From Zootoca vivipara (taxonomy: Eukaryota): a stretch of 64,000 bases of DNA. The number at the start of each line of letters is the position of its first letter. Position 1 is the first letter of the stretch. Shown in pieces: positions 36,392-47,834 of the stretch. The notes beneath the pieces were generated by a model that saw nothing but the letters and a program-made list of their open reading frames with translations, was not told the origin of the DNA and searched no databases. The DNA lies in assembly GCF_963506605.1 (NCBI RefSeq), contig NC_083279.1, positions 88,164,001 through 88,228,000 on the forward strand. The letters are read 5' to 3'. The translations under genes and the position numbers were made by a program.

Positions 36392-37937
36392 TGTGGAATA
36401 AACGCTGAGCTGCTGCAGACCCTGGGGACAGGACCTACCATGCATTTATTCTGTTTGGAATTGCAGCCACCTTGCCACAAGAGCTCCGGGCAAGTATCAA
36501 CATCAAAGCCAAATGTTGGGAGAACCTATAAAATCTATAAGCATTAAAGCTGGGCTTGTAAATATCCACTGTCCTGGATCCCTCTGGCAAGGAAGAATCA
36601 ACTCCAGAAAATCAGGCAAGGGGGGGGGAGGAAGGGGGGGGAACACTTGTAAAATTGGAAGAGAATTGGATTGGCTTATGGGGTTTATTTTTTTACTTCT
36701 TCCAAGCAATCAGTGTGCCAGAAATTACTCACCCGGGTTTATGTTGGCAGCAATTTGTGCACTACTAACTTTTTTTGTGGATTTATTTCCTTCATCCGTT
36801 TCCACATTTGCTTTCCACCCTCCAAAGAACTCAGAAGGATCTACATGAGCTTTTATGGGTTTTCTCCACCCAGCAACCTAGTGGGGTAGGGAAGGCTGAG
36901 GGTCAAAGTTATGTATGCAACTCTTATCACTGTGTCGTTGTTGTTTTTTGTACCCAAATTCTTTCATTGCCGTGTGGAAGCTGCAATGCAATCTGCAGCA
37001 GAAAACTTGGGGGAGTCAAGCCTCCCAGATCCTAAGGTTTTCCAGGTAAAAATCTTCCCCACCCCTGGGCAGAACGAAGTCATTTTACCACTCGCCTCTG
37101 GACCAGTCTTGCTACACTTTGGTCACATCCATACTATCTATACATTTAAAGTGTCCCTTAGAAAACCCTAGGAACCGAAGTTTGTTAAGGGTGCTGGGAA
37201 CTGCAGCTCAGTGGGTAGTTTAAATCTTTTGGGGGGGGAGCCATGTAGTATAAATGCGGTGTGTGAATGTCAGTTAGCTAGTTAAGTTTATTTCAAAATG
37301 AAATTAAAGAAAGGAAAGGTTGCAAAGGGCAACGCCATGGGGAAACCATCTGGCCATCAGGGATGCCTCATAAGATATAGTTTTGTAGCTCTGCTTGGAT
37401 ATCCGGGTACAAAATAACAGAGGCTGAAGTCCAGGACCAAAGCGCTTGCCGGTTATATCTTTGCGCCTCATGCGTCTCTTCCGCATGAATGGTTCGGGTG
37501 TTTGGGGGAAGACTTCCTTTTAAAGGCGCAAGCCCTGCAAAAAACACACACACACAGCGTATTTCCCAACACAGCCCAGGCGTGTGTTTATTTTCACAAC
37601 CCAGGTACAAAACCTATTAGTTAGGAGGTATCCCTCATGCACCAAAGCAAATGCACCAAAGGGGGTCATGGGCTTTGAGAAGCGATGACCGAGAGGGGCA
37701 ACAAGGAGACGAAAAGAACAACTTGCCACACAACAAGGGCTGTTCACTCAAACGGACAATGCTTAAACTTTGGATATGCAGAGCTAAGATCCCCTTACCT
37801 GAGAAGAACTGCCAAGGACATCAAACTTCACCGTAAAAGGGATGAAAAGCATCCACACTGCTTAATGTTTCTTATTTCTTCTTTTCCCACCCACCGAGTG
37901 TCATTACTGTAATATACATATCTGCCCCTTCTCTGTG

Positions 37938-37940
<3 letters not shown>

Positions 37941-38000
<60 letters not shown>
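37941..38000. repeat. (CT)n microsatellite
   Basis: Directly visible. Confidence 0.98.
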
Positions 38001-38003
<3 letters not shown>

Positions 38004-38217
38004 GTCTTGCATGTCACGCAGGCAACCCCACATGGTAGAACAGCATGGGAATAACAAGGAAAGGAAGCGCTATTTCTGCACTCGCAATTCATTTCACCAT
38101 GCCTTTTTTACTAGTGGAAAACACTTGTGACACTGGGGAAAATTCTTACGGACCGAGCACTCTCTGGAGGTTGGAGGGATATACTATTTGCAAGATGCAA
38201 AACTCCACCTTTACACT

Positions 38218-38228
38218 CTTTCTTTCTT

Positions 38229-38270
<42 letters not shown>
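38218..38270. repeat. (CTTT)n(CT)n microsatellite
   Basis: Directly visible. Confidence 0.97.
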
Positions 38271-38276
<6 letters not shown>

Positions 38277-38380
38277 CAGCTAATTAATAGCAAGCTCTCG
38301 CAACTGAACAATGCACACAGACTTTTACCAGAAAAGGGATCCAAAAGAGACGAACACACCACTTATAGAGAAGCTCTCAC

Positions 38381-38607
38381 CTTATAACCGGAATAAGCCG
38401 CACATAACAAACTCAGCAGGGCATCCTTGCCGCGAACGCTCCTCTGAGGGCTCCTCTCCCGTAATCCCAAGTGCAAGGGGCAGAAGCAAAAATCGCTGCC
38501 AGCTTGCCTCATTCTCCGGCACTGAGATGCACACGCTGCCACGGTAACAAGCGAAAGCAGAGAGAACGGGGCCCAGTCTTAGTTTTCTTTCAAAAGCTTT
38601 GTGTTAT

Positions 38608-38669
<62 letters not shown>

Positions 38670-39340
38670 GAGGGTGGAGGGGTTTGTTGGGGGGGAGGGA
38701 GCAACTCGGGGGGGGGAGAAAGGAATGGGGGGGGGAGAGTAAGCACTAAGCGACCCTCATCTTCACCAGGTACCCAGGCTATATGTAGGCTGTTTAAAGT
38801 TTGAATTTCCCTGCTTCCACATTTCCTCAGAGGGGAAGGGGTGAAGGAGGGGAGGGGGAATCTGCCTTTAGGAGGAGGGGGAGGGGAAGCAATAGATGGA
38901 CGGTGGGAAGGGGAGGGAATCTGGGGGGGGGCGGGACGAGCACGCGGAGCTACTATGTGACATACATATGGAATTAGCACCAGAACAATGCTGACAAGGA
39001 CAGGCATGGCAAATTGCACTCTGGAGCAGGAGTCTGCAAAGGAGAGAGCTTGCAAAGGGGCTATAATACGGATTAGGGAGAATCCCTGCCCCCTCTACCC
39101 CTGCCCTTCCTTATATGCAGATTGCATCTGAATGTACTAACACACACACACACACCAAAAAAACCATAAACTGCACAAAGTGGGTGTGGGAAAATTCACT
39201 TTTTTAAAAAAAAAACCTGATTGTTGCCGTATCACACATAGAAGCCTTCTCTGCTCGTGGCTGACGTAGCTGGCTTGCATATATTTCCTCTCCTCCCTCC
39301 CCCCCCCCCGTGAAGCTCTCTTTTCCGAGGAGCCCCCACG
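38381..39340 (-). promoter_or_regulatory. Candidate alternative promoter / 5'-UTR exon of FAT3
   Basis: TE-free, CpG-enriched stretch; donor TAAG|GTGAGA at 38381/38380; RFX X-box-like GTTACCGTGGCAGC (38535-38548, minus); G-run cluster 38668-38940 with GGGGCGGG; TGACGT half-CRE near 39262. Confidence 0.45.
38610..38667. repeat. (GA)n microsatellite
   Basis: Directly visible. Confidence 0.98.
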
Positions 39341-40466
39341 GGAATGAGAACTCCAGTGGACCCAATTAACACTCTGCTTTGCTAGCTGCTCAGCCTACGA
39401 TTGATTTAAAAATAAGCTGTGCTTTAGAAGCGCTGGATATAACAGAAAACGGTGGGGAGGTGGGGAGGGGAGCAGTTCCAGCGAGAGAATCTGTGGTTCC
39501 TAAAGGCTGGCACTTCTTCAGGGGGGCGGGGAGAGGAATGATGAGTCAACAGAAAATGGGGGGGGCAGTGAATGGCTGTGTGATGATAATAGCTGGCCTT
39601 TAAGCATGCAACAGAACACACTGGCTGCCCATCATATAAGTTAGTGGCTTCGGCAGAGACGGAATAGACAATGGGGGGGGGGTGCTTCACTTTTACAGCA
39701 GCCCCCCATGCAAATGTCTAAAGACGGATGGCCAGGATCCGTGCACACCGTCTGCAAGGAATGTGCCTCCACGTGGGGATTAGATGTGTGGACACTGCTA
39801 TTTACAAGGCTGCAATACTCCCCAACCCCCAAATATTGCTGCAGTCACAGCCACCACATTTATAGACCCCGGCCGCGCCATACATTCAAAGCACACAATA
39901 CCACTTAACATTTGCGCCCCCCCCCCAAAAAAATTGATTCTTTGTAGTTTGTTTAAGGTACTGGGAATTGTTAGGAGACCCCCTGTTCAACCTCCCAAGG
40001 CTACAACTCCTAGAGTTTGTTAAACTAAATCAATATATTTTGTTTTTAGATACCCTGCACCCAATGCGCATTTTCTGTAAACATTGGTTGGAGAGCTGCG
40101 TTGCAAAGTTTGGATAAGCGCAAATTTCAAAACATCGTTGGGTGTTTTTTTGGAATCGCAGACTGCTTCAGAAAGGGTGAATTTCATTAGGCTTTGAATG
40201 TCTTTTGAGTGGAACTCCTCCTGCACCCCCAATAGTATTGCTAAAAATACTATGGACAACTTCTTACTGTATTTCAGATGGTGAAGAGGTTGGATAAGGT
40301 CTGCAAGGAAGATCTTAAATCATATCTGTAACCAACGTTGCCTCAAACTGATCTCAAGATGGAGGGGGACAAGACAACATGCGAAACAATCCTGCAATTC
40401 ATTTAAGAAAATAATAATATTCATTGGGAGGGGGTGTCCAAAGGTTCGAGGGCTGAGGAACGTGTT

Positions 40467-41175
40467 TCCATGTCCATGGAGGCGCAGGTCAATTCTGTGT
40501 CCAGGGCAGCTGTTTATCAGCTCCATCTGGTACGCAGGCTGAGACCCTACCTGCCCGTGGACTGTCTCGCCAGAGTGGTGCCTGCTCTAGTTATCTCTCG
40601 CTTGGACTACTGCAATGCGCTCTACGTGGGGCTACCTTTGAAGGTGACCCGGAAACTACAATTAATCCAGAATGCGGCAGCTAGACTGGTGACTGGGAGT
40701 GGCCGCCGAGACCACATAACACTTGAAAGACCTGCATTGGCTCCCAGCACGTTTCCGAGCAGAATTCAAAGTGTTGGTGCTGACCTTTAAAGCCCTAAAT
40801 GGCCTCAGTCCAGTATAGCTGAAGGAACGTCTCCACCTCCATCGTTCTGCCCGGACACTGAGGTCCAGCTCTGAGGGCCTTCTGGCGGTTCCCTCGCTGC
40901 GAGAAGCCAAGTTACAGGGAACCAGGCAGAGGGCCTTCTCGGTAGTGGGACCCGCCCTGTGGAACGCCCTCCCATCAGATGTCAAAAATAACTACCAGAC
41001 TTTTAGAGGACATCTGAAGGCAGCCCTATTTAGGGAAGCTTTTAATCTTTAAGATATTAATCTTTAAGAAATTAGTGTATTCTAATATTTCTGTTGGGAG
41101 CCGCCCAGAGTGGCTGGGCAAACCCAGCCAGATGGGCAGGGTATAAATAATAAGTTATTATTATAAATTATTATT
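40467..41175 (+). mobile_element. L2 LINE 3' fragment
   Basis: ALVISRLDYCNALYVGLP..KLQLIQNAAARLV motif of L2 ORF2; (TTA)n tail. Confidence 0.92.
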
Positions 41176-42305
41176 AGCAGTCCCTGTTTCTATCTGCAAG
41201 CTGCCTTGAGTCCCGTCAGGGGAAAATGAGGAATAAAAATAAATATGTTATTATAACAACAACAACAACCTATCTACGAGGGTTTTTTTTCACATCAGAC
41301 CATAGGTAACACCTGAATCTACGCTCCTGCTTCACTACTCCACCTTGATCACCAAGATCTTCTGATGGGGCACTTCTAGGGGTTGTGCATGACCCTAAGG
41401 TTCAGATGGCTTTCACTAGGGACCAGCATTTAGTGTAGTAGGCCTTGCCCATTGAGCTCCCTACAAGTAGAGGTGTGTCAGGAACCAGCCTTGCCCTCAG
41501 TTAGATGTCTCCTGAAAACTGCCTTGTTTAGGCACAATAGGACAACAGGAAGTTCCATTTTTCACCAACCAGTACCATGCTTTATTGACGGTTTCCAATT
41601 GTGCATTCATGGATACTATGAATGATTTTATTGTATTCTGAATGTTGTATGCCACCTTGATACATCTAATTAAAGGATGGTTTCAATAAATAAAACCTGA
41701 ACCTAATGACCCTGGATTCCTGCCCAAAGACCTTATTAAGTGATTCAAACTGGCAGCAAAGATGTGGATTGCATATAACTGGAAGTCTCCCAAATCAACC
41801 TTCTAAAAAGCAATGGACTGATGGCTTGTGATAGACAATGAAATTTCAGAGGTTATGGTTGTGTGCAAATGCGAGGTGGGAGATCCCCAAACTTCTGATC
41901 ACATTCCAATCAGACCTGAGGTGTGATTTGTAGAATGAAAAGATGTTCACCAAATCCCTCAGCCACCTTGAAAGTCAGCTAGGTCCTGCACCTTCCCCCA
42001 AAGTATCCTCTTCCCTTGATAATTTCCCAGTGTGGTCACATTATCTGATGGGAAACGCAAGCAAATGCATTTTTAGCACAATACTAACTCTTACTGTGCC
42101 CATGCATTCTGCAAGTCTTGCAAGTGGCTTTGAGAATGTGAGCCGAAAAGCAGGATATGTAAATCTACAAAATAAGAACAAGATTCCATATAACTGATGC
42201 TTTAAAATTTGATTATTATTATTATTAAAAAAGCAGGATTGAGCATGAAGATCGGAATGTGGATAAAGGAAAACAAAAAGAAGAAGGCAGGAACGAGATG
42301 TGGAA

Positions 42306-42432
42306 ACAGGTAGGTAGCCGTGTTGGTCTGGATCGAAGTAAAATAAAAAAAATTCCTTCAGTAGCACCTTAAAGACCAACTAAGTTTTTATTTTGGTATG
42401 AGCTTTCGTGTGCATGCACACTTCTTCAGATG
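42306..42432 (-). mobile_element. Penelope-like element terminal (pLTR) fragment
   Basis: Homologous to 32929-33056; flanked by direct repeat AGATGTGGAA (42296-42305, 42428-42437). Confidence 0.8.
42396..42432 (-). ncRNA. Minimal type I hammerhead ribozyme motif (Penelope-associated)
   Basis: Minus strand CAU-CUGAAGA-A-GUGUG CAUG CACAC-GAAA-GC-UC-AUAC: both core boxes, stem II, palindromic AGCU stem III, UH site; stem I only 2 bp. Confidence 0.65.
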
Positions 42433-43543
42433 TGGAAGATTCTCCAAGAGGTCCAGACTATGGGGAGTCCGAAAAAAATTAATAATAAATAATTGGGAGA
42501 TATAATTTGGTCTTTTTTGTTTTTGTTTTTTATTGGAATATGATTATGATTATATGTTGATTGGCTGTTATTATTGGAAAATTAATAAAAATGATTTTTT
42601 TAAAAAATTAAAAAAGCAGGTAGCCATGTGAAGCATGGCAGGAGAGGTGAAATTGATGGTTAAACCAGCGTTCAGTTTGCCAAGATGTACATCTGTCATG
42701 CAAACTGAAAATCTGGGAGAAAGCTGAGCCTACAACACAGGTCAACAACCAACTGTGCCTTTTCTTTTTATGCAACTCAAGAACATGCCACAACAGATTG
42801 CATGGCAAATAGCTATCAAAAATAGCACAGGTGTTGGTTTCAAGTGTGATCTGTTTGCTCAAAACTCTCGATTTAACGAACTTATCCTTTACAGATATTT
42901 AATCCCCCACCCTCCTTTAATCTTACAAAAATGAAAGGGAAACTGGGATCAAGAAGGAGAAAACCAATCGCTGCCTTCAGATCACTCCTGCGAAACAACC
43001 GAAAAAAAGGCAACCCCCCGCAGTTAACTTTCATAAAAATACCACTTTTTGCTATCAGCTCCTGCTACCTTTGTAAGAGACGGCACGGGTGGGTGGGCGG
43101 GTGGGTTGGGGTGTTTCTGCTGTCAACAATGAGAAAGGGTCAGCAAATCTATTGGCAGAACAGCTGGGTTTACAGTAGACTCTATCCTCTCAGATGAATG
43201 GGAGATCGCATTTCCATACGAATAAGGTCAATTTAAAATGCTTCTGGAAGGAAGTGTCATTAATTAATGCAAGGGTGCTGCTGAAGGCAATGAAGAGTTA
43301 AATTAATGAATATTATTAACAGCCTATGTTTAAATTATTTTTGGGGTGATGATACTAAGCCAGGGAAGAAAACAGAACAAACTGGAAAGGTTATGAGCTT
43401 TCACCAGTGGCCTGAGTCTGCCAGCTTGGGTCGCAGAAGTTGTTCTGTTTCATTTGGTTTGCATTTTGCATCCAAGAGCCACAAACATGTAGCCCACTAA
43501 GCCAAACATAGCTCCACTGGGCATGGGGTTGGGGGCACTATTA

Positions 43544-43617
43544 TCAATAATAATAATAATTGATGATTTATACCCCGCCCATCTGGCTGGATTTCCCCAT
43601 CCACTCTGGGCGGCTCA
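43544..43617 (-). mobile_element. L2 3' end
   Basis: TTTATACCCCGCCCATCTGGCTGG..CCACTCTGGGCGGCTC plus (AAT)n. Confidence 0.8.
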
Positions 43618-44629
43618 GGTGAGCTCCTTCTCCCAGCCTGATCAACATCAGCGGCACAGTCGGCGGGGACAAACTACAGAGCCTTCTCTGTGGCTGCTCC
43701 CAGACTTTGGAATTCCCTCCCGAGAGAGTTAAGACGGACTCCCTCTCCGTTATCCTTCCGCCAGTGGGCTAAGGCCTTCCTGTTTGAAAACCAAAGATGC
43801 AAAAGGAGCTGACCAAAGGGCAAACTGTATTTTTAAAATTGCTAGTTCCAAATGTGTTTTCGTGCATTTTGACTATTATTTTTAAATAGTTTGCTTTTAT
43901 CCCTTTTTTTGTTTCAGAATGGCGTTATTAAGTATTGCACGTCGTCTTGAACCCCAACTTGGGAGAAAGACAGGGTATAAACAAATAAATGCTTACGGCT
44001 GGTAAACCTCTGCAAAGCAGTTGCTAGGACAAAATGAAGAGGGAGACGGCCTTTACGGCCAGCTTGTGGACTGCCATTATTGTGCTGGAAATGGTGGTGT
44101 TGGACGAGGTCACCCTGCAATTTAATACCCGTCTGTCAGATTTTCTGTTACCGGGCAATGGAACTGAACTTCCAAATAGGAAATTGGCCTTTGTCTCCAA
44201 CGCTGGCAACATAATAGAGCCAGAATGACTACTCTGCTGAAATTCAGTGGGGGTTTATTGGGCAGTCATAAATCGTAATTATCTATCCAACCACCTCAAG
44301 GCTCAAACTGTGCAAAATGGGTAATTGTGTTCTTTGAGCATTCTGTTTATGCCATATAATACTACAAGGAGGGGTTATGTGGTGATGAAGCAAATGACCC
44401 AAACTCTCCATTAGCCAGAGGGTGGGACTGATAAAGCATGAATAAGCCAATCCCTAGAACCCCAAGATGAGTGCTTTGCAAATGAGGCTGTTTAAAATGT
44501 TCACAGGCATGGCACTTGCGTTCTTTAATACAAAGGCCAAATCAACATGCATGTTCCACGGCCCCTGCTTTGAAGCATCAAAGCTTATTGAGGTTCGTTT
44601 TGCGTAAGATCTCCTACCACCTCCTTTCT

Positions 44630-45350
44630 CCCGATTGAAGTGCAGAGTGTTTGAGGACCGGGACATTTGCAGGGAAACCAAAATGCTTGTTTACAAAGCT
44701 ATTGTACTACCAACTTTACTGTACGCTTGTGAAACATGGAGCACTTATAAACACCATCTCCAACTCCTTGAAAGATTCCATCAATAGTGTCTCTGAAAAT
44801 TTTAACACATCACTTAGGAAGACAGGCGAACTAATGTCAGTGTACTGGAAGAAGCAAAAATCACCAGTGTTGAAGCAATGATTCTTCAACATCAACGTCG
44901 TTGGACTGGTCATGTTGTGCAGATGCCTGATGATCGTCTTCCAAAGCAAACACTCTATTCCGAACTTAAAAATGGAAAGCGTAATGCTGGTGGTCAACAA
45001 AAGAGGTTTAAAGACTCTCGCAAGGCAAATCTTTAAAAATGTAGTATTAACACCGACAACTGGGAAACAATGGGCTGCCAGCGCTCAAGTTGGAGAACAG
45101 CATTTGCCAAAGGTGTTGTGGACTTTGAAGACACTCAAAGTCAGGACACAAGGGAGAAACGTGCTAAGAGGAAGGCACGTTTGGCAAACCCTCACCATGA
45201 TCAACTCCCACCCAGAAACTTATGTCCCCACTGTGGAAGGACGTGTGGATCCAGAATTGGCCTCCACAGTCACTTAGGGAACTCACTGTTAAGACTGCGT
45301 TCATGGAAGACAATCTTACTCGACTATGAGTAATCGCCAAGGAAGAAGAA
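44630..45350 (+). mobile_element. RTE-clade LINE 3' fragment (non-BovB)
   Basis: TKMLVYKAIVLPTLLYACETW, RWTGHVVQMPDDRLPKQ, CPHCGRTCGSRIGLHSH; (GAA)n tail; 12-bp TSD CACCTCCTTTCT. Confidence 0.9.
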
Positions 45351-46523
45351 CACCTCCTTTCTTTTGATATTCAGGTGCTAAACTTTGTGGCTCCTCTGGA
45401 TTCAGCAAGATTTAGAGAAGGAACGGAAGATTAAAAAGAAAATATCCCACCCACCCACACAGACACCTCTATCTTTCAAATCTTCCAAACGATATCAGAA
45501 CTACAAGGCCGAGCCGCCATCGCCCAAAGCCTTAAAGTACAGTAGTGGTTAAATTGTGAGGCAATTACTAAGACAATTGGAGTTGATGCCAGCTTCTAAT
45601 AAATTGGATTAATTGCTACACGATGTTACGACAATTTGTATCTTCTCTTGCCTTCCCCCCTTAATCTACAACATTTGTTATTTGGGTCAAAGGTGCATTG
45701 GAAGCGTGTGCACAAATTACAACTTTCTGCCATTTATTTCGAGCAGTGGCTTTTTTTTTTAATATCACTTCCCTTGGAAAAGGGGAGCAGGCCAGAATCC
45801 CCCACAGGGTTTCCCTTGCCAGTTCCGGCATGTTCTACAGTATTGCTCCATTAGCGTTGGTCGTTAGTTCTTGCCCTGAAGCAGTAAACACTAATTGTGC
45901 TTTCCCTTTTTGGTAAGGAGCTTTTGTTGCTTTGACAAATCTTTCCAACGGCGACTTTTATTAGGTGCTCATTAATGCTTTGGTAGAATGGAGACTTCCG
46001 GATGAGTACAGAAAAGAAGAAGAAGAAAAACCGTTAGGGAGAAGGAATGACTCACATACTGTAGGAGTGTTGCTCCTTCCCCAAACAGTATTAAAGCAAA
46101 CATAATGATCTGTGCAGTCTGACACGTTGTCGGCGTAACGTGACTTGGACGGAGCTTCAGAAAGGGGCACTGCTCTTTTCCTCAAGAGGCCTCGGGCTGG
46201 AGGCATCTCGCTTTTCAGAAAAGGCACTGTTGAATTTTCTCACCCTACTTCTGCAACAAGGCCTCCTGGGGGGGAAGCGAGGCAAATCAACAAGCGCCAC
46301 TTGACCGAACTGGGATATCCGCCGCCGCCCCTGCATCCAATTCCAACTACTGCTAAACGTCTTCTCTCCAGTATGGTGGTTTTCTGTCTGCAAGGAATAC
46401 ACTGCACATGGGAAAGAATTGTATTTTTCTGTCTGGTTTTTTAAACCACACCTCTTCCTTTTCCACCTACAGGTCCCCCAAAATGGTTCAATTTTTTAAA
46501 ATTTCTTAAACATCCCACTATGC

Positions 46524-46659
46524 CAGGCATCCCCAAACTGCGAACCTCCAGATGTTTTGGCCTACAACTCCCATGATCCCTAGCTAACAGGACCAGTTGC
46601 CGGGGAAGATGGGAATTGTAGTCCAAAACATCTGGAGGGCCGAAGTTTGGGGATGCCTG
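46524..46659. mobile_element. Young 136-bp hAT MITE
   Basis: Perfect TIR CAGGCATCCCCAAACT, 8-bp TSD CACTATGC. Confidence 0.92.
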
Positions 46660-47476
46660 CACTATGCAATCCTCAGCTGTAGTGTGAACCACACCACATT
46701 CTGTTTATGGCCGAATCAATCCTAGGAACTCTGCAAAAGGGAGCCTCCGTTTGCAAGGCAACTGTGTTTAGCGAATGCGCACACCAGCAATGGCACACCA
46801 AGAGAAAATGACAGGCGCGTATCCTTCACTGTCCATGCACTACACACGCCGAGCATGTAACACTCAAGTAGCTGTGGTGAATGCCACCCTCGAAGAAGCT
46901 GATTTGGGCAAATCTCACACCATGCTGCAATATATTAGAAAGCAAGCAACTTCTTTATCTTTAGGGACACTCCGTTCACAAGATTGTGATTCGGGAGTCA
47001 GAAGTATATTTCTGTACACCATCTGATCTCCTCACAAATGGTCAGGAGCCATTAACACAGTTGTTCCCATCCGACAGGCACTGCTTCCAAGTTATGGAAC
47101 AAAGGTTCCTATGCACAACATTATATATAAATCCGAATAGGCCTTCTCTCTGCTCCAACGCACAGGAAGGAAAAAAAACTCATTCAAATACAATAATCAC
47201 AGTTGTGTTTTTTTCAAGTATTAAAATAAGAATCGCATTTTGAAAACCTACCATCCAATTATGGCTGCAATCATATACACGCTTACTTAGAACTAAGCTT
47301 CCCTGAACACAGGAGGACTTATTTTGAGATAATCATACATGGCATTGCGCTGCTCGGCTATAAACCTAATTAACCTCCTAGGGACAAGGTTCCATTGAAC
47401 ATAGTGGGGCTTACTTGTGAGTAAGCATCCATAAGATTGTGCTGTTAGGCTGCAATGCCAAACACGCTTGCTTAGG

Positions 47477-47834
47477 GGTAAAGGGGCCCCTGACCATCAG
47501 GTCCAGTTGTGTCCGACTCTGGGGTTGCGGCGATCATCTCTCTCTATAGGCCAAGGGAGCCGGCATCTGTCTGCAGACAGCTTCCGGGTCATGTGGCCAG
47601 CATGACAAAGCTGCTTCTGGCGAGCCAGAGCAGTGCACGGAAACACCGTTTACCTTCCTGCCGGAGTGGTCCCTATTTATCTACTTGCACTTTGATGTGC
47701 TTTCGAACTGCTAGGTGGGCAGGAGCTGGGACCGAGCAACGGGAGCTCACCCCATTGCAGGGATTCGAACCGCTGACCTTCTGATCAGCAAGCCCTAGAC
47801 TCTATGGTTTAACCCACAACGCCACCTGGGTCCC
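47477..47834 (-). mobile_element. Sauria SINE, full length
   Basis: Reverse complement of other copies; ~49-bp flanking duplication. Confidence 0.92.

Larger units (their letters stand above)
42238..42609 (+). mobile_element. L1-type 3'-UTR fragment interrupted by a Penelope-like fragment
   Basis: AATAAA then A-rich end; flanking direct repeat TTAAAAAAGCAGG (TT/AAAA endonuclease-type site) at ~42225 and ~42608. Confidence 0.65.
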
